Shown here: positions 38,656-46,974 of the stretch, one piece after another
Numbering within the stretch: the stretch's first letter is position 1
How the letters are laid out: every line of letters begins with the position of its first letter
From: Candidatus Nitrospinota bacterium M3_3B_026
GTDB lineage: Bacteria > Nitrospinota_A > UBA7883 > JBPRGF01
Direction of reading: 5' to 3'
Length of the DNA: 64,000 nt
NCBI GenBank assembly: GCA_051418015.1
Contig: JBPRGF010000033.1
Coordinates: forward strand, 160,001 to 224,000
Notes under the pieces: generated by a model
The model's input: only the letters and a program-made list of their open reading frames with translations
What the model was told of the DNA's origin: nothing
Databases searched by the model: none
Program-made: the position numbers and the translations under genes

Positions 38656-38710
38656 CGGGGTCGGCCGGGCCTTTCAGGATGGTCCGGCCGGCCGCCGTTT
38701 TTCTCTTTTC
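38656..38710 (+). terminator. Intrinsic terminator after the icd-like gene
   Basis: Stem GGTCGGCCGGGCC / GGTCCGGCCGGCC followed by a T-rich tail. Confidence 0.7.
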
Positions 38711-38861
38711 ATGGCGCCCCGGCCTGCGCTTTGCGTACATAAAACTTGTCTCAAGCTGGATTAGAACGTAGAATTTCCATTTGCCCAGGGCGCGGGAATA
38801 ACGGGCGGAGAACGATCCTCCGCGCTCCGCCAGGGCACTGGAACAACCGGAAAACACCAGC

Positions 38862-40109
38862 ATGGAGAGTCCGTTGGCGACAGACTCGAGGATAGTGATA
38901 ACCGGCGTGGGGCTGACCGCCCCCAACGGCGACAACCTGTCCGAATACCGCCGGGCGCTGCTTGCGGGCGAATCCGGAGTGGAGATGTTCGAGACGCGGT
39001 ACATGCCGCCCGTCCCCGCCGGTGTCTGCGATTTTGACGTCACGAAACACCAGACCGGGAAGGCGGCGCGGCGGGGGACGCGCGCGGGGGCCATATCCAT
39101 CTATTGCGCCAACGAGGCCGTCGCAGACTCCGGCTTCGACCTGGACTCCGTGGAGCGCGGACGGGTGGGCGTTTTCGCCGGTATCACCGAGCACGGCAAC
39201 GTCGAGACGGAAAACGAGATATACAACATCAGCAAGTATAACTACGACATCCGGTTCTGGACGCATCATCACAACCCCCGCACCGTGGCGAACAACCCCG
39301 CGGGCGAGGTGACGCTGAACATGGGGATAACGGGCCCGCACCTCTGCCTCGGCGCGGCCTGCGCGGCGGGGAACATCGGGCTGGTGTACGGGGCGCAGAT
39401 GCTCCGGCTCGGCGAGGTGGACGTGGCCATAGCGGGAGGCGTCTCCGAGAGCATCCGCACCTTCGGCATCTTCGCCAGCTTCAAGGCGCAGAACGCCCTG
39501 GCCCATCACGAAGACCCGGCGAAGGCCAGCCGCCCCTTCGACCGGGACAGGAACGGTATAGTGGTGGCCGAGGGGGGATGCTTTTTCATACTCGAGCGGA
39601 TGGAAGACGCCCTCGCCCGCGGGGCCAGGATTTACGGCGAGCTGGCGGGCTACGCCTACAATTCCGACGCCGTGGATTTCGTCCTTCCCAGCCCGCCGCG
39701 CCAGGCGGAGTGCATGAGGCTTGCGTTGAAACGGGCCGGGATGAGCCCCGCCGATATCGACATCATCAATACCCACGGCACAGGCACCACGCAGGGGGAC
39801 CAGTACGAGAGCGCCGCCCTCCGGGAGGTCTTCGGGGGGGCGGCGGCGCATGTCAACAACACCAAGAGCCTCATAGGCCACGCCATGGGAGCGGCCGGAG
39901 CGCTGGAGCTGGCTGGGAACCTGCCCGCCTTCGAGGACGGGATGGTCCATCCCACGATAAACCTGGAGAACCCCGACCCGGAGTGTGATATCCCCAACAT
40001 GGTGACGGGCGGACCGGTGCGCAGGGAAGGGGTAAGCGCTATAATGAACAACTCCTTCGGGATGCTCGGCATAAACTCCGTGGTGGTTGTTAAAAGATTT
40101 GTAAGTTAG
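38862..40109 (+). CDS. Beta-ketoacyl-ACP synthase (FabF/FabB family)
   Basis: Cys-His-His triad: AACAAG, NTHGTGT, KSLIGHAMGAAG; also RPFDRDRNG and NSFG. Confidence 0.92.
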   Translation: MESPLATDSRIVITGVGLTAPNGDNLSEYRRALLAGESGVEMFETRYMPPVPAGVCDFDVTKHQTGKAARRGTRAGAISIYCANEAVADSGFDLDSVERGRVGVFAGITEHGNVETENEIYNISKYNYDIRFWTHHHNPRTVANNPAGEVTLNMGITGPHLCLGAACAAGNIGLVYGAQMLRLGEVDVAIAGGVSESIRTFGIFASFKAQNALAHHEDPAKASRPFDRDRNGIVVAEGGCFFILERMEDALARGARIYGELAGYAYNSDAVDFVLPSPPRQAECMRLALKRAGMSPADIDIINTHGTGTTQGDQYESAALREVFGGAAAHVNNTKSLIGHAMGAAGALELAGNLPAFEDGMVHPTINLENPDPECDIPNMVTGGPVRREGVSAIMNNSFGMLGINSVVVVKRFVS

Positions 40110-40173
40110 GCCGTCTTTGGCCATAATGGTTACGCGAAGGTGATCTCATTCGTGTTCATCAGGGAAAGGGCAA

Positions 40174-40425
40174 ATGACAGAAGAGGGAATACGTCAGGCT
40201 GTTGTTGACATAATGAGCGAGATATTGCCGGACGAGGATCTTGCGGATATAGACCCGGACAAACCCTTGCGCGAGCAGCTCGATCTCGACTCCATGGATT
40301 TTCTGGACATCGTCATGGAGCTGCGGAAAAGGTACGGCATCGAGGTGCCGGAGAGTGACTACGGGAAGCTTGTGACGATGAACAGCACCGTTGACTATCT
40401 CCTGCCGAAGATGACCGGCGCCTGA
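40174..40425 (+). CDS. Acyl carrier protein
   Basis: Acidic 83-aa protein with the phosphopantetheine motif LDLDSMDFLDIVMEL. Confidence 0.92.
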   Translation: MTEEGIRQAVVDIMSEILPDEDLADIDPDKPLREQLDLDSMDFLDIVMELRKRYGIEVPESDYGKLVTMNSTVDYLLPKMTGA

Positions 40426-40468
40426 TAGACTCTTCTCCCTCCCGACGGATTTTACACAGTCAAGGCTC

Positions 40469-41863
40469 TTGCGATACGACGCCATTATCATAGGGGCCGG
40501 TATGTCCGGCCTGGCGGCGGGCATCAGGCTGGCGCATTTCGGCCACAATACGCTGATCCTGGAGCGGCATTACAGGACAGGCGGATTGAACTCGTGGTAC
40601 AGGATGGCGGGGCGCTTTCTTGACACGGGACTGCACGCCATCACGAACTATTCTCCCCACGGCCCCAGGAACGCGCCGATGGCGCGGCTCTTCAGGCAGC
40701 TGAGGCTGCGGCCGGAGGATTTCGCCCTGGCGCCGCAGAGGATGGGCAGGATAGTCTTCCCCGGGGCCGAGCTTGAGTTCGACAACGACTTCGAACGGCT
40801 CTCGGAGAGCGTGGCGCGGGTCTTTCCCCGGGAGGCGGACAATTTCCAGAGGCTGGTCAGGACGATCAGGGAGTACGATGACCTCGACCTTGAAAAAAAG
40901 CCGGAGAGCGGCCGGGAGGCCGTCCGCTCCATCATCGGCGACCCCCTGCTGGCGGACATGATAATGATGCCGGTCATGTTCTACGGCTCCTCCCAGGAGG
41001 ACGACATGGAGCTGGGCCAGTTCGCCGTCGTGTTCAAAGGGGTCTTTCTGGAGGGGCTCGCGCGGCCCGAGGGGGGGATCAGGAGGATACTGGATGCCCT
41101 GGCGGCGCGGTACGAGGCCGCCGGGGGGCGGATGAGGCTGAGAACCGGCGTTGAGAAAATAACCGTCGAGAACGGGCGCGTGGCGGGGGTTGTCACCGAT
41201 GATGGGGAGAGGATAGAGTGCGGCGCGGTCCTTTCGTCGGCGGGCCTGATGGAGACGGCGGCGGTATGCCCCGAGGCCAGGCCGGACGTCCCCGGTCTTG
41301 CGCCTGGCAGGATATCGCTCATGGAGTCGATAAACGCCCTGGACGCCCCAGCGGCGGCGCTGGGGGCGGAGGAAAGCGTGGTATTTTATAGCAACACCCC
41401 CACGCTGCGCTACAGGAGGCCGGACGGGCCAGCGGATGTCGACAGCGGGGTCATCTGCTATCCTGAAAACTTCGATTACGGCGAGCCTTTGAAAGAGGGG
41501 ATGGTGAGGATCAGCAACCTGGCCGATTACGGGTTCTGGATGGGCGCGGAGGAGATGGAGTACAGGGAGGCCAAAAAAGAGTGGCACTCCCGCTCCCTGG
41601 CCGCCGCTACGTCGGCGGGTCCGGACATCCGGGGCAGGATAACTTTCAGCGACGTTTTCACCCCGCGCACGATCCACCGCTACACGGGCCATATCAACGG
41701 CGCGTTGTACGGCGCGCCGATGAAAATGAAGAACGGAAGGACCCCCGTCGAAAACCTCTACATCACCGGGACGGACCAGGGGTTCCTCGGGATCGTCGGC
41801 GCCATGCTCAGCGGCGTGACGGTGGCCAACATCCACATGATGTCATCGGCGCGGAGGGGTTGA
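40469..41863 (+). CDS. Phytoene-desaturase-like (CrtI-type) FAD-dependent oxidoreductase 1
   Basis: IIGAGMSGLAAG..LERHYRTGG, FTPRTIHRYTGHINGALYG, NLYITG and GIVGAMLSG. TTG start. Confidence 0.85.
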   Translation: MRYDAIIIGAGMSGLAAGIRLAHFGHNTLILERHYRTGGLNSWYRMAGRFLDTGLHAITNYSPHGPRNAPMARLFRQLRLRPEDFALAPQRMGRIVFPGAELEFDNDFERLSESVARVFPREADNFQRLVRTIREYDDLDLEKKPESGREAVRSIIGDPLLADMIMMPVMFYGSSQEDDMELGQFAVVFKGVFLEGLARPEGGIRRILDALAARYEAAGGRMRLRTGVEKITVENGRVAGVVTDDGERIECGAVLSSAGLMETAAVCPEARPDVPGLAPGRISLMESINALDAPAAALGAEESVVFYSNTPTLRYRRPDGPADVDSGVICYPENFDYGEPLKEGMVRISNLADYGFWMGAEEMEYREAKKEWHSRSLAAATSAGPDIRGRITFSDVFTPRTIHRYTGHINGALYGAPMKMKNGRTPVENLYITGTDQGFLGIVGAMLSGVTVANIHMMSSARRG

Positions 41864-41869
41864 CCCGTC

Positions 41870-43279
41870 ATGGTGGAGAGGGGGCTGAAGGGCATAAAAG
41901 ACGAATACGACTGCGTTGTCATAGGCGGCGGCCTCGGCGGGCTCACCTGCGCCAACCGGCTGGCGAGGGCGGGCCGCTCTGTCCTCCTGGTGGAGCAGCA
42001 CACGCAGCTCGGGGGGCTGGCGGCCTGGTTCAGGCGCAAAAAACACGTATTCGACGTGGCGCTCCACGGCTTCCCCTACGGTATGGTTAAAACCTGCCGC
42101 AAGTACTGGAGCCGGGAGATAGCGGATCGCATCGTCCAGCTCAAGGGAATAAGGTTCGACAACCCCCAGTTCCAGCTAGAGACCACCTACGACGAAGAGG
42201 ATTTCACGAGGATACTGGTCGAGCGGTTCGGCGTCCCCGGGGAGAACGTGGAGGGCTTTTTCGCCGCCGCGAGGGGGATGAACTTCTACGACGATGACGG
42301 GAGGAGCGTCGGGGAGTTTTTCGAGGAGTTTTTCCCCGGCCGCGACGACGTCGTCCGGCTGCTCATGGAGCCGATAACCTACGCCAACGGCTCCACGCTG
42401 GAAGACCCCGCCATAAGCTACGGGATTGTTTTCTCGAACTTCATGAGCCGGGGGGTGTATACCTTCCGCGGCGGCACGGACCTTTTCATCCGCCTTCTCG
42501 AGGGCGAGCTTGAGAAAAACGGCGTGGACGCGCGGACGAAGACGCTGGCGGAGAGGATCGTGTTTGAGCGGGGAAGGGTGGCGGGAGTCATCGCCAACGG
42601 CCGGCTGGTCAGGACGCGGGCCGTCGTCTCCAACGGCAACCTGCGCAGGACGGTCCTGGACATGGTTGACGAGGATGTCATCTCGGAAGATTTCAGGAGA
42701 AAGGCCGGCGCGGTGCGGATGAACAACAGCTCCTGCCAAGTCTATATTGGCATACGGGAGGGTGAGACTATAGACTACATAGGCGATCTCATATTTACCT
42801 CCACGGCTGAGAGGTTCGACACCGGCATGATGCTGTCTAAAGACGTGACGAGCAGGACGTTTTCTGTCTACTACCCCGAGCTTCGCCCAGGCCACGGCCG
42901 ATACACGATCGTGTCCTCATCCAACGCAAGGTACGAGGACTGGGCGGATCTGCCCGAGGAGAGTTACAAGGAGGACAAGGAAAAACTGGCCGAGGAGACC
43001 CTCGACTGTCTCGAAAGATATGTCCCGGACATACGGAGGAAAGCCGACCATGTTGAGGTGGCCACCCCCCGCACGTTCAAAAGGTATACCCTTCACGAAG
43101 GGGGCGCGTCGTTCGGGACGAAGTTCGAGGGGCTGGAGGTGAGCCAGAACCTGTCGAAGGAGGCGCCGGGGGTTTTCCACACCGGCTCCGTGGCCATCAT
43201 AATGTCCGGCTGGCTGGGCGCGGCCAACTACGGCGTGATAGTGGCCAACGAGGTGGACAAATACCTGGGGCGGCGATGA
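41870..43279 (+). CDS. Phytoene-desaturase-like FAD-dependent oxidoreductase 2
   Basis: [36 protein letters not shown] and [10 protein letters not shown]. Confidence 0.85.
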   Translation: MVERGLKGIKDEYDCVVIGGGLGGLTCANRLARAGRSVLLVEQHTQLGGLAAWFRRKKHVFDVALHGFPYGMVKTCRKYWSREIADRIVQLKGIRFDNPQFQLETTYDEEDFTRILVERFGVPGENVEGFFAAARGMNFYDDDGRSVGEFFEEFFPGRDDVVRLLMEPITYANGSTLEDPAISYGIVFSNFMSRGVYTFRGGTDLFIRLLEGELEKNGVDARTKTLAERIVFERGRVAGVIANGRLVRTRAVVSNGNLRRTVLDMVDEDVISEDFRRKAGAVRMNNSSCQVYIGIREGETIDYIGDLIFTSTAERFDTGMMLSKDVTSRTFSVYYPELRPGHGRYTIVSSSNARYEDWADLPEESYKEDKEKLAEETLDCLERYVPDIRRKADHVEVATPRTFKRYTLHEGGASFGTKFEGLEVSQNLSKEAPGVFHTGSVAIIMSGWLGAANYGVIVANEVDKYLGRR

Positions 43280-44019
43280 TGAGAGACTTCGAGGGCCAGA
43301 CGGCGGTCGTGACGGGAGGCACGAAGGGCATAGGACTGGCCGTCTGCGAGCTTTTTTTGAGGGAGGGGGCGAAGGTGGTCGCTGTCTACTCGTCCGACGA
43401 GGACGCAGCCTCGAGTTTCGCCAAAGCCCATGCCGCCAGCGGCGACGCGCTCCGGACGCGGCGCCTGAACGTGTCGGACCACGCCGCTGTGGAGGATTTC
43501 TTCAGGGAGTTCCAGGACGCCGGCGGGGCGCTGGACATCCTCGTGAATAGCGCCGGGATAAGGCGCGATTCCGTGGTGGGGCTCATGGCCGAAAAGGACT
43601 GGCGCGCCGTCATCAACGTCAACCTTACGGGAACGTTCAACATGTCCAAGCACGCCGTGCGCCTGATGTCCAGGCGGCGCTACGGCAGGATCATAAACAT
43701 AACAAGCCCCGTGGGCGAACGCGGCCTGCCGGGACAGGCCAACTACGCCGCCAGCAAGGCGGGACAGGTCGGCTTCACCAAAGCCATGGCGAAGGAGGTG
43801 GCGAGCCGGGGGGTGACGGTGAACTGCGTATCTCCGGGGTTCATCGACACAGAGTTCATCGCCGACCTGCCGGAAAAAAACCGAAAGGACTACCTGGAGC
43901 GCGTTCCGGCTGGCAGGTTCGGAACGGCCGAGGAGGTCGCCCGCCTGGTCGGCTTTCTGGCCGCCAGGGAGTCGTCGTATATCACGGGCGCCGTTTACGA
44001 GGTAACCGGCGGACTCTGA
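43276..44019 (+). CDS. fabG: 3-oxoacyl-ACP reductase (FabG-like SDR)
   Basis: [24 protein letters not shown] and VSPGFIDT. Confidence 0.85.
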   Translation: MMRDFEGQTAVVTGGTKGIGLAVCELFLREGAKVVAVYSSDEDAASSFAKAHAASGDALRTRRLNVSDHAAVEDFFREFQDAGGALDILVNSAGIRRDSVVGLMAEKDWRAVINVNLTGTFNMSKHAVRLMSRRRYGRIINITSPVGERGLPGQANYAASKAGQVGFTKAMAKEVASRGVTVNCVSPGFIDTEFIADLPEKNRKDYLERVPAGRFGTAEEVARLVGFLAARESSYITGAVYEVTGGL

Positions 44020-44160
44020 CGGCCGTGGGCTCTTCGCGCAACCGCGCGCTTTGCCTTTCCCGATTTTTTTGTTTTGATAGGGCCATTGACCCTCCTTTGT
44101 GGTAGAATCTCCGGCTTTAAGGCGGCAAGGCTGGACTTTTTAGTAGGGGCTGGTTCTATT

Positions 44161-44586
44161 TTGGACATTTACGGCGCCATACCCCATCGTCCGCCGTTTC
44201 TTTTCGTGGACAAGGTGACGGAAGCAGGCGAAAAGAAAATCCGGGCGGAAAAGGTCTTCGGGGCGGATCTCGAATTTTTCAAGGGGCACTATCCTCATTT
44301 TCCAGTGGCGCCCGGCGCGCTGATACTGGAGAGCATTTTTCAGGCCGGGGCCATCCTCGTTTCCGGGATGGCGCCGGATCCGGGACGGGGCGTCCCCGTA
44401 GTCGCGAGAATAAAGGACGCCAAGTTCAGAAAAATGGTGAGGCCCGGAGACGTCCTCGAGATCGAGGTGGAGCTCGAAGACACCCTGGGATCGGCCTTTT
44501 ACATGAAAGGCAGGGCCCGTGTTGATGGAGAGCTTGCCGCTTCCGTGTCTTTCACTTGCGCCCTGGCGCTGGTGGGGGAGGACTGA
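44161..44586 (+). CDS. Second FabZ/FabA-like 3-hydroxyacyl-ACP dehydratase
   Basis: IPHRPPFLFVD, FFKGHYP..PVAPGALILESIFQ and KFRKMVRPGD. Probable TTG start at 44161; an extended -10 (TGGTAGAAT) lies at 44100-44108. Confidence 0.85.
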   Translation: MDIYGAIPHRPPFLFVDKVTEAGEKKIRAEKVFGADLEFFKGHYPHFPVAPGALILESIFQAGAILVSGMAPDPGRGVPVVARIKDAKFRKMVRPGDVLEIEVELEDTLGSAFYMKGRARVDGELAASVSFTCALALVGED

Positions 44587-44637
44587 AAAGCGCCGCGGCC
44601 CGGGTATTTTCCCGGAGCCGCGGAGATCGCAGAATCT

Positions 44638-45465
44638 ATGGGGGATGACAAGGCTGTGAGCTTCCTTGGGTTTGAGGGAAAAAAATATCTCGTGTTCGGG
44701 GTGGCGAACAAAAGGAGCGTCGCCAGCCACATCTCCGGCATTATCAGGGAGGAGGGCGGCGAGGTCATCCTCTCCGTGGAGAACGAGGAGAGAAAAAAGA
44801 CGGCCCAAAAGCTCTTCCCCAGCGCCCCGGTGTATGTCTGCGATGTCTCCAGGGACGAGGACATAACAAAACTCGCCGCCAGCGTGGCCGATGACCATGG
44901 CGTCATCCACGGCATAGCCCACTCCATCGCCCACGCCGATTACCCGGAAGGAATGAAACCCTTCCACGAAATAAGACGCGAGGACTTCATGAGGGCTATG
45001 GACATATCGCTCTTTTCGCTTATCGCCGTCTCCAACGCTTTCAGGGACATCATCGATAAAAAAGGCTCTGTCGTCACCGTCTCCATATCAACAACCAGGA
45101 TGGCCTCGGAAAGCTACGGCTACATGGCTCCCATCAAGGCCGCGCTGGACTCTGCCGTCGTCTTCCTGGCGAAAAGCTTCAGCCGTTTTTCCGAAGTCCG
45201 GTTCAACGCCGTAGCCCCCGGTCTGCTCAAAACCTCCGCCTCAGCGGGAATACCGGGATACGTGGACGCCTACCTCTACGCCGAACGGCTCACTCTGAGA
45301 GGCCGCGCCCTGGAGACGGATGAGGCGGCGCGGGTGGCCGCCTTTCTCCTCAGCGGCGCCTCAAGCGGGGTAAACGCTGGAAAGGTCGTGGTGGATGCCG
45401 GAATGGGCGTCAACTATTTTGACAGAGATTTGATAAACAGCATGTTGAAACGCGGGGCGGAATAA
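44638..45465 (+). CDS. fabI: Enoyl-ACP reductase (FabI-like SDR)
   Basis: VFGVANKRSVA, CDVS, HSIA, YGYMAPIKAALD and GLLKTSAS. Confidence 0.8.
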   Translation: MGDDKAVSFLGFEGKKYLVFGVANKRSVASHISGIIREEGGEVILSVENEERKKTAQKLFPSAPVYVCDVSRDEDITKLAASVADDHGVIHGIAHSIAHADYPEGMKPFHEIRREDFMRAMDISLFSLIAVSNAFRDIIDKKGSVVTVSISTTRMASESYGYMAPIKAALDSAVVFLAKSFSRFSEVRFNAVAPGLLKTSASAGIPGYVDAYLYAERLTLRGRALETDEAARVAAFLLSGASSGVNAGKVVVDAGMGVNYFDRDLINSMLKRGAE

Positions 45466-45801
45466 TGTTATTTACTACCTCAAAGGGCGAAAGAGCAGGC
45501 CCAAATGTACATAACTCATTCACTTATATCATATGATTACATTTTTCTGTTGAAGCTTTGATCCTGTTTGTGTATTATGCTCCTTCTATGTGATAAAATT
45601 AGTACAGGGTAAAATCTCCTAATGCGTTGATTATCTGGTTATATTTTGCATAACAATAAGTAGACACAGCCCGTAGACGTAAGTTAATTTTTACCTCTGA
45701 AGTAATGAATTATTACATTGCTTTCCGGGGGAGACGCCGGGAAGCCGTCGCGTCGTGTACTCATTAAGCCGCTAACTAAAAAAGTACAGATTGGAGGATT
45801 G

Positions 45802-46218
45802 ATGAAGCAGACATTCAGAGACAGGCTGAAGCTGTTGATGAAGGGCGAAAGGCCGTATACGTGGGCCAGGAAGGTCGGGATAGAGAAGGGGCTTTTCCAG
45901 TATTACTGGCAGAAGGGCAAGATCCCGACGTACGAGAATCTCATAAAAATTCAGAACTATTCCGGCTGTTCGCTGGATTGGTTGCTTACGGGCAAGGCTG
46001 TCGCCATCGACAAGATAGAGGATCTTCCGATGGTTCGCGAGCCGAACCCCGTTTACGGTGAGATGAACCTGCGCCGGGCCAGTTCCCTGGAAAAGGTCAA
46101 GAAGCTCTACTCCTCTAAGAACGAGAAGGACATCGAGCTTTTCGAGGGCGTGCTGGAGAAGATCGTGTCCGACGGGAGGGGCAGGAGAAAGAGCGGAGCC
46201 GAGAAAGCGAAAAACTGA
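45802..46218 (+). CDS. XRE/phage-repressor-like HTH protein
   Basis: FRDRLKLLM...WARKVGI...PTYENLIKI...CSLDWLLTGK. GGAGG RBS. Confidence 0.8.
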   Translation: MKQTFRDRLKLLMKGERPYTWARKVGIEKGLFQYYWQKGKIPTYENLIKIQNYSGCSLDWLLTGKAVAIDKIEDLPMVREPNPVYGEMNLRRASSLEKVKKLYSSKNEKDIELFEGVLEKIVSDGRGRRKSGAEKAKN

Positions 46219-46362
46219 GACGATCCGCCCATGGCGGAGAGCAGCGCGTCAGACATTTCAAAACTCATCCGCTGAGCGTCCGTACTGGGCGCCGGCATCA
46301 CGCCCGAGCGGCTGGCCTGAAAAAACGCCGTTGGCCCGAGATGAACCCCGTGCCGGCCCGCA

Positions 46363-46389
46363 CCCCCTCCCTTCGTTCAAGGGAGGGGG
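46363..46389. terminator. Hairpin between the convergent XRE and HU genes
   Basis: CCCCCTCCCTT-CGTTC-AAGGGAGGGGG perfect stem; no adjacent T-tract. Confidence 0.45.
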
Positions 46390-46443
46390 CCAACCCTCTG
46401 TAAGGCCCCCTCCCGGGCGGTTAATTTAAAACAGGAGCGTGTT

Positions 46444-46740
46444 TTACTTTTTCGCGCCCAGGACCGCGTCCTTGCAGGCTTTGGCCACGCGGAACTTCAC
46501 GACCTTCTTGGCCGGTATTTTTATCGTCTCTCCTGTCTGGGGGTTGCGTCCTTTGCGGGCCTTCCTCTGGACGAGCACGAGCTTGCCCAGCCCGGGCAGC
46601 GTGAACCCCGCCTTCGCCTCCTTGTAGGCCAGGTTCGCGAGGTCGTCCAGGATCTGGGCGGCCAGTTTCTTGGTTATGCCCGCTTTCGTCGCGATTGCGT
46701 CGGCGATCTGGGCTTTGGTCATGGGTTTCTTCGCGGCCAT
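46444..46740 (-). CDS. hup: DNA-binding protein HU
   Basis: MTKAQIADAIA, LPGLGKL and RKARKGRNPQTGETIKIPAKKVVKF. Confidence 0.93.
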   Translation of the reverse strand: MAAKKPMTKAQIADAIATKAGITKKLAAQILDDLANLAYKEAKAGFTLPGLGKLVLVQRKARKGRNPQTGETIKIPAKKVVKFRVAKACKDAVLGAKK

Positions 46741-46974
46741 ATGATGATCTCCTTTAACAGTGTTTCAAAAGGCTTTCCGGATAACGTTAAGGTTGAGAAT
46801 TTTTATCAAAGATTAAAAGCCAATTCAACACAAATCTCACATTCCCCGAAATGGGGAACAGCCCCTCGCCGCGCTACTATCCCGCTATCCACAATCGCCG
46901 CTGTTGCGATATAATCACCGAATTGAAAGCAAGCGCCGAGAATCTTCCAGGATAGAGCCAGGAGGGTATGCCAA

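Noticed and set aside
38862..45465. Calling the cluster ladderane, aryl-polyene or carotenoid biosynthesis
   Set aside because: There are no radical SAM or methyltransferase genes, no chain-length factor or aryl-polyene tailoring genes, and no crtB/crtE. The product cannot be assigned from sequence.
45636..45650. Sigma54 promoter TGG...TTGCA
   Set aside because: The GG-to-GC spacing is 9 nt rather than the required 10.
45802..46740. Prophage remnant
   Set aside because: There is no integrase, structural gene or att-like repeat, only an HTH gene and HU.
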